Assembly (NCBI GenBank): GCA_030704615.1
Contig: CM060734.1
Location: 35,092,001 to 35,156,000 of the forward strand
Source of the DNA: Takakia lepidozioides
Lineage: Eukaryota > Plantae > Bryophyta
Direction: 5' to 3'
Length of the DNA stretch: 64,000 nucleotides
The notes beneath the pieces are model-generated. The model did no database searches. It was not told where the DNA came from and saw only the letters and a program-made list of their open reading frames with translations. Of the stretch, positions 13,652-25,565 are shown piece by piece (within the stretch, counting starts at the first letter, position 1; each line of letters opens with the position of its first letter). A program made the translations under genes and the position numbers.

Positions 13652-16600
13652 ATGGATTGGAGCAACGTGACAGCGGAGGAGCTGGTGGATGCATTGAAGG
13701 AGGTTGAATGGTCAACACCGCCGCGGCCGCTTGGAGAAGTCTTCGCTAGATTCACCGTCCCCAAAACACAGGCCAAATGGAATGGTCGCGTCAAATGCAA
13801 CTTTTACTAGTAAGGATCCGACCTTGCGTGAGAGGAACCATTGTCTCTAGATTTTACGTCGACTGAAAGAGTGGCCATATGTTTGGATTTCGCTGGAGAC
13901 GACGCAAGAATTTGTTTTCCCCTAAGGATTCAGCGTTCTGCGAGTCTCCAGGATTCGTGTGCGTATTTAGGCGGCTGTCAATCCTGGCTTCGATGTCCAA
14001 TTGTTTCAGTTTTTCTCGGTTCTTAGGTTTCGGTCTGAAGCCTCTATGGGGGTCTGTACATGCATAATGGTACTGGATGACTTACGTTGAAGATATATTG
14101 GATCCATAATTGGTCACAGATATGTAGCCAAACAGGTGCTTCACATCTGTTGTCGCATTGAAATCTGGGGGAAAGTATTATCCTGACTTGGAGAGAGAAA
14201 AGACTCCTGCCATAGCCAGCTTAAATAATAGCTTCCTATTTGGACTTAATACTTCACGCGTTAAACCTAGGCAACCAGCAGGACAAAATTACCTCCACGA
14301 GAACCTCGAGAGAAGTTAGAGGAGAAACCTACAGGCATAGTTGCCCAAGTCCATTTCTTCCCATTCTGTGATATGTCTCATGTTGTCTTAAATTGCTGTG
14401 ACACCCTTGCCCTATCATCCAGGGGTATCCTGTGTGAGCAGAGTGTTTCATATTTAAACCCCACATCTGGTTCTGGGAGTGGTTATGCCTGCAATCACTT
14501 CAAATATTCATAAGGGGGTATATTTTCATTGGGGTTTCTAGTTCTAACAATGTTCATAGGATCCTGTACCCCAGTGGCTAATCTGTTTGATGAATTGAGG
14601 TTTGCAGCTACCGCACAAACTACTTCGTTTTCATTGCTCTCATTCTTGGTAAGAAGTTGCATGCCTTTTGGGCATCTTGCACCCTAGGAACTTCAGTGAA
14701 TGAAACAATGGGGATTGCAGTACTTGAGCATTTCAGCTGGCCCTAGCTCAGTTTCAACTTTTGATCTTACAGGTGATATTAGTCCGATGGATAAATAAAA
14801 TAAATCATAGGTGTTGGTCTAGATTGCATGAAGCAAATAACCATTTGGATATATCTATTGTAATTCATAACCCTTGAATAATCATATGCAGACTGATAAT
14901 TATGGCACATGTACCTCATGAAGTAGCAAGCTGCAAGAATATCAGAGCCAAGGGCAGTACCTAACACGGACAGAGTTTGCTCCAAATTGGCGAAACTACT
15001 GAATCCATTGACTTTGATCCATTTGTCTAGTACTATTGTAAGATCAGTAGCTTAACCTATCTGCATAGGATATATGTCACAGATCAATCTGTCACATGTT
15101 TGACCTGTTAGAAAAAACATGTATATGTAAGTGATTGGTGAGTTGTGTGCATAATCTGACAATGGCACGAATGGGTTGCATTATACAGTGATTGGATTTA
15201 TACGCAATCCACTGGCACTGGTGGCAGTGCTTTTTGCAGGGTTCAGCATCGCTTTGTTGAATGACAGGTGATTTTTGCACCACCCTTTAGGTTTGAGGGA
15301 CAGAATGTCTTAGCCACCACTGACCTAGTCTTTGTTCTCCATCCTTCTAGAATAAAAGTACAAGTTGTGGAAAGAAATAGAATTGAATCACATGGTGACG
15401 TGCTCCAGCCTAAACTTGCGTATCCTTCACACTATACCACTAAACCAGACTTAATCAGCATAGTGGGAAAGTTCATGCATGTGCAATGTCAAGCCCAACA
15501 CTGTCATCCCAAGGCTATAGATGTATGTCAAATATGGTGTAGTTCAAATTATGTGTGTTTCTTCTGATGTTTGAGTCTTGGTCTGGTTGTGTGAGCACGA
15601 GTGCTTGAAGACGAGAGGGTGGTCATTTGTTGATAGTAAGACAAGACTCTTTTCAGATTAACAATCTTAAATTCTTCGTTTTTCTAGTGTCAGTGACTGT
15701 TGGATACGATGCTTTACGAGTGATCCTGCCAGATCAAAAGGCACTTACACGCAAGTCTCTCGCCCTTCCTTCCTCTCTATGCTGACTAGCTCTGTTGGTT
15801 CAGTTTTGCAGTATCAATTAGTGAAAGACTGACGAGAGCAATCAGACGAATATCACCCCCTATTGCTGCTAAGTTGCGACCCCCGATCACGTACGTATCG
15901 TAAGCACAACTTTGTTCTTTTTGTCTCTCCCTCTCTTTCACCTTGTAGGTAGAAGTTAGATCTCGGTAGGAGCACCACAGCGAGAGAGGCTTTATTAAGA
16001 ACTGCAGCATTCACATCGAAGAGTCTGTGGTCATTGGAGTATGAAACTCTGTCAAGTTTGCAATTCTGTGCAAGCTCGATTTGCAGATGATTGATCAGGA
16101 ATCAGTGAACATTAACACCTATGCCTTTAGAATGCCAAAGAACTAATTGAGGAGCTGCGTAAACTCACCATTTGCACGAATTCCAATCGTCCATTGCAGT
16201 ACTTCCTTAGGCTCGGCTGAGTCCCCCACATCCATCTATGCTTCCAAGTAATCTTTGGAATAGTATAATGAAGCTCCTACTTACATGTGCAATATAGTGC
16301 CAGTGAAGACAATATCTGGCGCATTTAGTGTACTTGGAGATCCTCTTCTGTAGAATCTTCTGGCTTCTGCTCTGGCCTCCTCCTATTACTCTTTCCAACC
16401 CCTACACAGGATTTCATTGTAAGACTCTTTGGCAGTAACTGGTAAACTTTTCTGAGTACACAGAATGCAGAAATGTTCAGGTGCTGCTTCATGGCTAACA
16501 AATAAAAAGATATTAGACTCAAAAAATGTGTTAGTTTTAGCTCCCAGTGTTGGTTGATACCATATTGCTAGCTATCAAGGTGTCCATCTTCCTAACAGAA

Positions 16601-17852
16601 GGCAGTAACCCTTCGGGTGAAGAGACACCCTAATTTACGCTCACTTTGGCAGGCGTTACCCTTTTTTTCTTCTCTTTTCTTATTGTTGTCACTGCTTTCT
16701 TCGTCGATATAAAGATCAAAAGTTGTCTGAGGTGCACTCATTTTCCATATGTGCAGGACAGGAACACGAGGCAGGCCACTTAAAGGCATTGTCTATATCT
16801 GTGGCAAAGACCGTCGCTTTTTTGTTTTCGGCTTGTTTATTGGTATGCTTTCATGAGTCTCTTCTAAGCTCCTCTGTAGACTCTACCTGAAGAATATTGG
16901 ACATATTAGTGGAAAAAAAGATGTTAGGAAATACAGGGCTGGAGCAGGTTGCTCCCTCACCTCCCCCTTTAGGGATTTTTAAGTGGTAGGATGATTGTTT
17001 CAATCACTGCAATCCGGCATTGCAGCCACCGCCTGATTTGTTTTAGTGACAAATGATGTTTATACATCATGATGAGATTGACTCTTGTTTCTGTCAACTA
17101 CATTTGAACTCAACTCCTTGCAATTTTCAGCCCAGACAAAACCTTCCCTCCCTCATCTGTGTGGGGCTTCTGGTAGGGCATCTGGTATCTTAGAGTGACT
17201 GACCGGGCAAACACTTCTCCTCAGTTGAAGTTGTCCCTGTCTCATTGTAATCTGGCTCCTGTGTGCCTGTTGTTCATGTGTCTTCCTCTCTATCCCTCTG
17301 CTTTGTGCAATTTCTGATTTTCTAAGTTTGTTTTCTTTCAATGTACGTGCAGTCAGTGCTTTACTATGGTTCTACTCATGTGCTGTCAAAACCGTGTTTG
17401 GAGCTTTAGCTCTTGGAATCCTATGTAAGTATACCTGGAATTCTATCTCTTCTTAATGCTTGCAAGTTTCCATATTTAGGGTTGGGGGGATCGGAACATA
17501 GAGAGGGAAACAAAGAAACTTGACTAGAGGGCCTCTGGAAACAGTAGGCCTGAGGGACAGTGAGAATATACTCCTAAGACCTTTGAGGAGGGTGGGAGGT
17601 AGAGAGAGAATGTACTCATGAGACGTTTGCAGTAGACTTGTGGCATAGACCCGTGCCCAGTTGGGTGGAACAAAAAGAGAGAGAGAGAGAGAGATGTCCA
17701 TGCTTGAGACTTAACAATGTTACCCTGACTGTCTGCTCTGTCTGGCAGTGTCAATATCACATGCAAGTTTCCGCACCCCAAATCTGAAAGCTCGTCTCAA
17801 TTCCTTTCGGGAGGAGTTTCGTGCTGTATGGCGGGGCTACAGTGACGCATAG
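13652..17852 (+). CDS. PRA1.A: PRA1 family protein, A-type, copy 2; 7 exons, 208 aa
   Basis: Exons 13652-13809, 14608-14648, 15189-15267, 15804-15890, 16757-16842, 17353-17424, 17749-17852. Exon lengths are identical to copy 1 (158/41/79/87/86/72/104) and the frame is intact. Confidence 0.95.
16577..16670 (+). mobile_element. 3' half of SINE family A in intron 4 of PRA1 copy 2
   Basis: AAGGTGTCCATCTTCC..GAAGGCAGTAACCCTTCGGGTGAAGAGACACC..TTACGC..GGCGT plus T tail; matches 24040-24130. Confidence 0.7.
17601..17694 (-). mobile_element. Short 3' remnant of the (TC)n-associated LINE in intron 6 of PRA1 copy 2
   Basis: GAGAGAGAATGTACTCATGAGACG..TTGTGGC..GACCCGTGCCCAGTT..GGAACAAAA matches 10611-10690. 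(GA)n on both sides. Confidence 0.75.
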
Positions 17853-19240
17853 ACATCTTTAGACATCTTTTGTGGGCATTAGTTTATGCCTATAAAGTTT
17901 GTAATGGAACAGCTCAGGATGCCATGGTGATGGAGGGATGGAATAACCGTCACTTTACAGAGCAGTTGAGAGTGGGTTAGTATATCATTAGGGCATTTTT
18001 TCATCTTCTACATTATTTTTACCTGGAGGTAGAATCAACTTTAAATGGAAGCTAGAGTGCTTGTTACACCTTGACAAGAAAACAAGATGCAGCAAATGGC
18101 AATGGATGATCTCTTGTGTTTTGTCAGTTTGTATTTTTGGGAAAAGCACTTGCAAACTAACAAACTGACAAACTGAGGACCTTGCCCTGTGATCTTCCTG
18201 TTTTTCATGTTTGTGATGACCTGCAGTGTCCAGGTTTTACTCTAGCTGATCGGGCATTCCAAAGGATTTTATGGTTGCCATCCGTATGTGAAACATCTGG
18301 TCCAGCACAAATTTGAGAGCTGGTATGGACAGAATTATTGAACCCATGTCCACCTCCCTGCAGAACTTCTACTATACTCTACTCTACTCTACTATACTGT
18401 GGAGGAGGACCTCGTGCCCTGTAAGGTTTATGTTATGTTGTGTAAGGTCTATTTAGCAATTTCATCAATCTACCCAGTAGTCACTTGCTGCTTTCATGGA
18501 GATTCTTCACACTTCAATTGCAATTTCCTTAGAATGACATCTACCATGAGAGAACACATTTTGAGGATGCCGATACCTTGTACCATCTGATTGCGGTTGC
18601 TTGAGAGTGCCAGCAGAACTGACAAGGGCTGGTTGGATGAGCAGCCCAACTTTTCCTCCTCAGCAGTGTTTTAATGCTTTTGATGAGCATGGCATCCGCA
18701 TTGAGGCAAAATACCAAATAGAAGCCTAGAGAACTTGGTTTAGTATGAGTGGTTGGCCTGCCAGGGAGAGCATGGACAAGCTCCGTAAAGAGAGTTTCCT
18801 TTCTAGGTTCTGCATAATTGGTTCAAATCTTACCTGATCCGAGAGTCCGAGAGCCTGAATATGGTATCTTCCAAACGGAAGGCAGTAGCCCTTCACAATA
18901 AAATGACATGTTTGCTTAGAGCAGCCTTGGATAGACCAGTTTTGCCCAAGAGTTCATTCAAACCTTGGGCTCTTACTGATTTTGAGGGGTGACCCTAGGT
19001 ATAGGCGTTTGGGGGTTTAGGGGTTATTGATTTTGTGGATGGTTCTCAATTAGCTGGGTATCAAGTATCAACCTCAAGATATTTCAAGAACCCATCCTAT
19101 TTTGAGTTGACTACATAGGAGAGAGAGAAGACGTTGACTAAAGCCAACATAATTAAAAGCCATTTCCCCTAATGGCCACTGTCCCAAAGGGGGGTTGGTC
19201 CTAATCGCACGAGCACACCGCTCACGTGAATTGTCCCTAC

Positions 19241-19336
19241 GATGCCTATTACCATTTGTAAACATATTACAGTCTACCCTCTATATGTGATGCCTATTAC
19301 CATTTGTAAACATATTACAGTCTACCCTCTATATGT
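19241..19336. repeat. Exact 48-bp tandem duplication
   Basis: GATGCCTATTACCATTTGTAAACATATTACAGTCTACCCTCTATATGT occurs twice. Confidence 0.95.
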
Positions 19337-19399
19337 GTCACACCTCCGGAGTAGAAAATGTAACACATGTGGATATTAAACGTCATAACAGACTAGGGT

Positions 19400-20240
19400 A
19401 GCCTATGCCGTTGGCCCAAGTGTCTAGTGTCATCTAAGTCCAAGTGCAATCCCTTATGTATCCGGAGACCCTGCAGTTTTGGGGGATCTCCACGTCATTG
19501 TTCCAGGAAAGCCATTTTGCTATTTTTCACGAATTTTCAGCGACCAAAAGTACTTGAATTTTTGTGTTGATAGCCTGTGCCGTTGGCCCAAGTGTCCAAT
19601 GTCATCTAAGTCCAAGTGCAATCCCCTATGTATCCAGACCCTTCAGTTTTGGAGATCTCCACGTCATTGTTTCAACAAAGCCCACTTTGCTATTTTTGCA
19701 ATCTCCCCTGTCGAGGCTTAATATATTGATATATCCACTTTGCTATTTTTTGCGAATTTTCAGCGACCAAAAGCACTTGAAATTGCAAATCTCCCACGTG
19801 AAGGGCCAATCACAGCTCTAGGAAAGCCCACTTTGTTATTTTTTCCGAATTTCCAGCGACCAAGATGACCTGAAATTCGACATCTCCCACACCGCCGGTC
19901 CAAAAATTATGAGACCATTGCCGGTGCACCCCTCCTCATCGAGGGCTTTCCAACGCCACCAAGTACTGGCGTCGGGCCCCGCGGTTTAGGAGATCTCAAC
20001 GACGCTACAAAACAAAACAAAACAAATTGGCCAAGTGCATCAATACATGAAGCAAGCCATATCTAATCAAATTCTTTTCCACAAAGCCTACGACCAGATT
20101 TGAACAAGAGACCTTTGCCTTGATATCTCTCCCGCCGAGGCTCCAACCATTGTCCAGGATATCCCACTTTGCTATTTTTGTTATTTTTCGTGAATTTTCA
20201 GCGACCAAAAGCACTTCAAATTCCAAATCTGCCACAAAAC
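19400..20240. repeat. Internally repetitive dispersed repeat (non-autonomous TE-like)
   Basis: Repeated TTTGCTATTTTT..CGAATTTTCAGCGACCAAAA and a duplicated GCCGTTGGCCCAAGTGTC block. The GGAGATCTCAACGACGCTACAAAACAAAAC segment has an inverted relative at 54045-54540. Confidence 0.65.
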
Positions 20241-20332
20241 ATGGTTTCAGATAAACTCACACACCGAGCTGAAACAAGGCGTACATTGACGCCAGGACAT
20301 CACAATGCCCAATTATTATTATTATTTTGGTA

Positions 20333-20525
20333 TTGCGACGCCGGGGCGTTGCAACAAAACAGCGGGGGCCCATTTCCCCTTCATGCCACCTTGCGATGGC
20401 TGGGCGTCGTAAGGGCGTCGCAGCGGAGGATTGCGACGCCGGGGTGTCGCCAAAAAAGCGCCGCGGGGTTGGCGTCGCAGGCTCAGCGCCGCGCCGGGCA
20501 TTGGGGCGCGGCTGGCGTCGCAAAC
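20333..20525. repeat. GC-rich cluster of GCGACGCC/GGCGTCGC motifs in both orientations
   Basis: About 7 copies in 190 bp; probably the subterminal region of a small DNA transposon. Confidence 0.55.
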
Positions 20526-21214
20526 CCCCCCCCAATTTGCTGGAGTGAATAAACCAAGACACTGAAGTGGCGCATCCACTCTGCCCAGTCTTCCTTCGTG
20601 CTTTGCTTTGAGGACTCCCAGGCAGCTCTTAGACCTCCTTCATTTACCTAGCATAATCACACTTGGTCAGACTGAAGATCCAGGAATGATGGTAAAAGAT
20701 GGTATGACAGAATGACCAAGAATGGAAGGTGGATAAGGGATGTAGCAGAACAAAAACCTTGACCAGCTTGACTGAAAAGAGAATCATGTGTTCACATTAT
20801 GGACTGCCAGACAGACGGAAAACAAGTGCAAAAGAAACCTGGAGAGGCCTTGATGTAACCAATGAGTCAAATCACTATTAACATTACATATCTCTCCATC
20901 CCCATCCATTCCAGGATAGGGGATGCCTGGAAAAATGGGCACATCCCCAACCACAATGAAGGGAGCATAAACAGGAGACATGTCCAACAAAGTTGGTTCT
21001 CTTTTATTTTTGACGAGCCTCTATTGCATCAAATTGCGCATGCTGAAACCCCATGCATCAGAAATAAAATGCAGACAAATAAGACTCTTGGGGGGGAATA
21101 TAACATTTCTTTCTTTCTTTACTTTCACTATTTCTCCAATGAAAAGTGGCATGCTAGTAACCTCTTTTTCACCTTGCGACAAACAATTTTGTGGTGAAAC
21201 AACAACAATCAGTT

Positions 21215-21929
21215 GGGTAAATGCAGAGATAGGTGGACCAAAAACTGCGTAACATACAGTTTCTGCAGTGACCTCCCTTTATGGTTTTACCCATATTTGT
21301 CCAACAACCCAATATTTTATCTAAATTTATATGTAATAGGGTTTCTAATTATAATAGGTATGTGTACCAACTGTTAGATTGCAAAAACAATCATGTACCA
21401 GAGAGCTATGGACTTCTAAAGTTGATTACTATGGAGTGCAGATGTTACACTTAAAATCTTATGGAAAAAAAAACATCATCTACACTCATTTAATGGCACA
21501 AAAGAAAACATATTAGGGGTGTCATTTCTAAAACCAACCCAAATCCACTTTTATATGGACTAGTCACCTTAGGAATTGAGAGCTATGAACTATTTTACAC
21601 CTTAAAAACAAATTGTCCATAACACATTATGTTTTGGGTTTTTGGGGTGTCATCTTTTATCAAAAGACACACAAACCTATAATCTACAATGGCCAGGTGG
21701 TATCTAGACAAGTGGTTGTAAACTCTAAATTTTGACGTCAAATTAAAATATCTAGTAGATTATGTCTTTAATATTTGGGAGTAGATTCTTTACTGAAAAT
21801 ATTTCGTATACTACTATCTATGTTTCTAAAAATAAACTAACAAAATTGGGGCTCAAAATTTTTTTTTTCCATGGACTTCCATGGACTCAACAACTGCCGT
21901 TTTTGGTCCACCCATTCATGCAAATGCCC
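21215..21929. mobile_element. Candidate MITE with about 35-bp imperfect TIRs
   Basis: Left GGGTAAATGCAGAGATAGGTGGACCAAAAACTGC versus right reverse complement GGGCATTTGCATGAATGGGTGGACCAAAAACGGC. AT-rich non-coding interior; AGTT on both flanks. Confidence 0.55.
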
Positions 21930-22146
21930 AGTTGATTCGTTACAATGTGCTCCAAATATTTTGGACGGACCTATGGAAACCACATACTGAGATTATGTTG
22001 GAAGGTAGGTACCTCGTTGCCAGAGTGTCAAATCAGGGGCAGTGCCACGAGTGCACGGCTGCCAGTGGGATATGTCACCAGCCCTGCCTTTGAAGCAACG
22101 TCCGCCACAAAGTCTTCTTCAAATAACTCAGACAGCTGCCCCACAT

Positions 22147-22700
22147 TCATCCCAATTTCCCCACTTTGTGAGCTTTTTTGGGGTGGTCGCGTAGCAATTG
22201 GTTAAAAGAGAAGACGAATTTTTTGTGATTGTCGACGGCTTTTTGTTTGGTAATATTGTAAGCAGCTTTTTTGGCATCTCTGCCAACTTTGGAGAGAGTA
22301 GCTATCCATTTTGGAATATCTTGAAGATTGGCAGGTGGTGGCATGAGTACTTGACACGTTGTTAAGGTATTTAGGCAATTGATACGTGGATCCGATGTCC
22401 AGTTGTTCCCCTGGTGAATGGGGGTAGTGGTGGGTATAATAGCGAGGGCACGCCTGATAATGTGATATGTGTTAAGATGTGATGTCCATATACGTTTTTG
22501 AATACGGGTAAGATAGCCACCATTTTGTTTTGAGCGTGCAGTTTGTGGGATTTCAGGGGGGGTAGAACAGGTGGCAATCACACTTTTGGTCATTTCTTGC
22601 ATTGAAGTTGTGAGTATGGTCTCGGCGTCGTTCCATGCTGCAGAAGGCTTGAGCTTACCATAGTTTGTTGTGGGGCATTCAAATAGACCGTCTCTGTCTC
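22147..22700 (-). mobile_element. Internal fragment of a non-LTR retrotransposon ORF (region preceding RT)
   Basis: 191-aa basic, helical frame ending LLRDHPKKAHKV, like the pre-RT linker of LINEs. No catalytic motif seen. Confidence 0.4.
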
Positions 22701-23810
22701 TTGAGTAGGCTATGACCAACAAAGTCTTATGAGTACATTCTATCTATTCGGTGCAAGAAGAGAGTCCTGAGAGGGTGAATATATATCCTGTACATGGAGA
22801 TGGAGGAGTGTAGGTTTGTACTTTCAATAAGGGTTCAATTATGTGGTGCAGATATGGATTCTTTGCGGCTAACTATATTGGAGGCTTTCATGAAGATATG
22901 CACCGGTATGCACGTGATATTGCAATTTTGGGTCTTGCATGTCAACTTTGAGAACAATGATTTATACATGCACGATAGCTTGCTCAGAGTAATGTGGTAG
23001 TGCCTCTCATTCGCTCCTCCTGTAGGGACCTAACTTTTCGTTTGTCGGGAGCTAGCATACCGATGAAAAACAATGAAGATAAAATTTGAGGTGAAAAGAG
23101 GTTACATCTAGATAACAGAATTTGAACCAGGATCACCTAGGTCATAGGTCCCACAAGTCTTGTCTGCATAAGAGAGATAACTCGTTGATTTTCACTTGAT
23201 CATATAGCTCGGTGAGGCCTTTCCGGCCCATCCGACCCTTCCAATTCGTTGCCTAGCATATATATGTACTCACTAACTTACTCTCTCTAGTTTGAAATAC
23301 CATTGTATTTGTAACTACATTTTGTTGGGGGCACCGTCCCCTTTCAAGTTTAACCCTTAAGGGCCCTCCATTGGAACCCCAAAAAAATGACCTCTCATCA
23401 ATTAACATGATTGAGGCTACACACCACGTTGTCACATCCAAAATAGTAAACCTTACCAAATCCACCTGAGCTACCATGCACATCCACTCAACAAATTGCA
23501 AAGAAATTCACCATATGACAAGAGAGATTTTAATGTTTTAGTGGGGGTTTCTGGTTTTTGGATTTTGCAAAGTATAAAGTTGAGCTTTGACCAAGCTATG
23601 AGTGATGGGTTGATTTTTCTTGCTTCTGCCTCCCACATAGAAATGTGTATGGTATCCTAGCCAACAACATTGAAAATTTTAAGCAAAATCGCATTTGTTT
23701 TTATTAGGGTCCTTTGTATGTGTTTGAGGGAGGATCAAAATGACCTCCATAGCTTAGCAACTCAAGGCGAGCCCATTCCAAAAATTGATCCATTGATAAT
23801 AAGATGTTTC

Positions 23811-23897
23811 AATAAAGGGCCCACCCCTGAAAGGGGCAGTAGCTGTGAGGCGAAGTGGCTCTTAGTTACGCCAGCTTCGGCCGGAGTCTTCTCTCTG
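23811..23897 (+). mobile_element. 3' UTR remnant of the RLE-type LINE
   Basis: Close match to 4254-4340 (GGCCCAC..AAGGGGCAGTAGC..GAGGCGAAGTGGCTCTTAGTTACGC..TCTTCTCTCT). Confidence 0.75.
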
Positions 23898-23951
23898 AGA
23901 TGTTTCACTCAATCCCTCCAATGAAGGTGTGGAACGCACTATCATTGTAAG

Positions 23952-24133
23952 TAGACAACCAGCATGTAGCCCAGTGGTGATGGGCACATACGACGTTGGA
24001 TGTGGTTGTGGGTTCAAACCACCGTCTGGTGTGTCATGAAGGTGTCCACCTTCCCGGTGGAAGGCAATAGCCCTTCGGGGTAAGTGACACCATAAGTTAC
24101 GCTCCCTTCGGGAGGCGTCATACTTTTTTATTC
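23952..24133 (+). mobile_element. tRNA-derived SINE, family A, full length
   Basis: A box TAGCCCAGTGG, B box GGTTCAAACC and T-rich tail. 9-bp TSD CATTGTAAG at 23943-23951 and 24134-24142. Confidence 0.85.
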
Positions 24134-25063
24134 CATTGTAAGCTTGGTAAAAAGAAAAATTGTAGATCCAAGGGTGGAATTAAAAAAATTACCACCCAAG
24201 TGAGCCCAATTGTGGGCCAATTATGTCTGGCCACATAGACAGCCAACTCTAGATGGCCCTTCCCGCGTGCTCCAATTTCATGACCCCTAGTTTTCTAAAC
24301 AATCTTTACAGGTCCGAGAATTTGATAAAATTAACTAGTTTCAATGTGGGAATGTGGACCATCTTGTCAGAAATTTAAATGCAGTTGGAACCATTAAGGT
24401 ATATATATATATATATATATATATAGATCTACAAAAAGTACATAGAAAAATCTTCTTCCTCAAAATCCGAAATGCATCTCCCCTTAACCTTCAAACACCA
24501 TGGGGTTTGTTGACTTTAAGGAAAAAAAAAGGACCCCTGCCTAATAAAAACCCTGTAACTTGGGAAAAAGTTGTCAATTTGATACTTCAAGCCGACAATA
24601 CCCAGCCACCTACCTGCACGCCCTGTCCAAATTTGGGGCCAATCGGAAAAGACATGCCAAAACCCCATGCCTGAATGTGGGGCCCTATTTTTGGCATTTT
24701 AAAAAAATAAACAAAAAAAAGACAAGAATTTATAGATTTTGGATGTGGGGTGAAATCTGTTGGGCCTGGTTGAGACTTGGGACAATCTAAGATCCTTGTG
24801 ACATTCTTGTTCTAACAAGCCCAAGATCTCAGAATTTGGAAGAGATTACGCCACTTGGCACTAGGTCAAAGCAAGGAGGTTATGGAATTGTCATACGAAG
24901 GATTATGTAGAAGTTAGTGTTTGAAGACAATATGCATCACACTCATTCAAGGCAAGTTGCATTGAAGGCAATAATCCCTTATTTATAGTGACCGGGGCAT
25001 TTCCTCTTCCTTAGTGGTAGTCCGAGATTATTTGTTAAACTTTTAGGTTCTAGCACATAAGGT

Positions 25064-25068
<5 letters not shown>

Positions 25069-25113
<45 letters not shown>

Positions 25114-25347
25114 AATTAAATATAAATATAAATATATAAATAAATAAATATATATATAAACCTGGGAGCAACTGCTCACAATTCAGGCCCTTGAGGAGGG
25201 GGGAAAATTAACCCATTAGGCCATTAGGCACACAGGTGGTCAACCACCAGACTAGCCGGTCACGAACAATCCACACACAGGGCAGGGCAGCGGGTTTGAA
25301 CTCCGAACCACCAGGGCGACACACTGTGCACTTACCAGCTGATGTGC
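25069..25347 (-). mobile_element. tRNA-derived SINE, family B
   Basis: Minus-strand A-box-like TCAGCTGGT, B box GAGTTCAAACCC and long AT/poly-A tail. TSD AGGTGAGTT at 25060-25068 and 25348-25356. A partial relative lies at about 54597-54658 (+). Confidence 0.8.
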
Positions 25348-25425
25348 AGGTGAGTTATTATTGCCCACCACCCAAAAGGAGGAGGAGGTGAAGGTTTTGA
25401 GCCCAAGTTTCACTCTCTACATTAC

Positions 25426-25565
25426 AGACAACCAAGTGTAGCCCACTGGTAAGGGGCCCACATCACCTCGGAAGTGGATGTGGGTTCAATTCACCTTCCC
25501 TCTGGAAGGCGGTAGCATGGACACCATCATTTACGCTTCCCTGGGGAGGCGTCATCATACTTATT
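25426..25565 (+). mobile_element. SINE family A copy whose tail is interrupted by the MULE
   Basis: AGACAACC..TGTAGCCCACTGG..GGGTTCAA..GGAAGGCGGTAGC..TTACGCTTCCCTGGGGAGGCGTCA matches 23952-24133. Confidence 0.75.

Noticed and set aside
20716-20750. 22-bp identity (GTGGATAAGGGATGTAGCAGAA) with 38792-38813
   Set aside because: The flanks do not translate to polymerase sequence, and the match is too short to interpret.
23952-24030. tRNA gene
   Set aside because: A and B boxes are present but there is no cloverleaf; the tail and TSD indicate a SINE.
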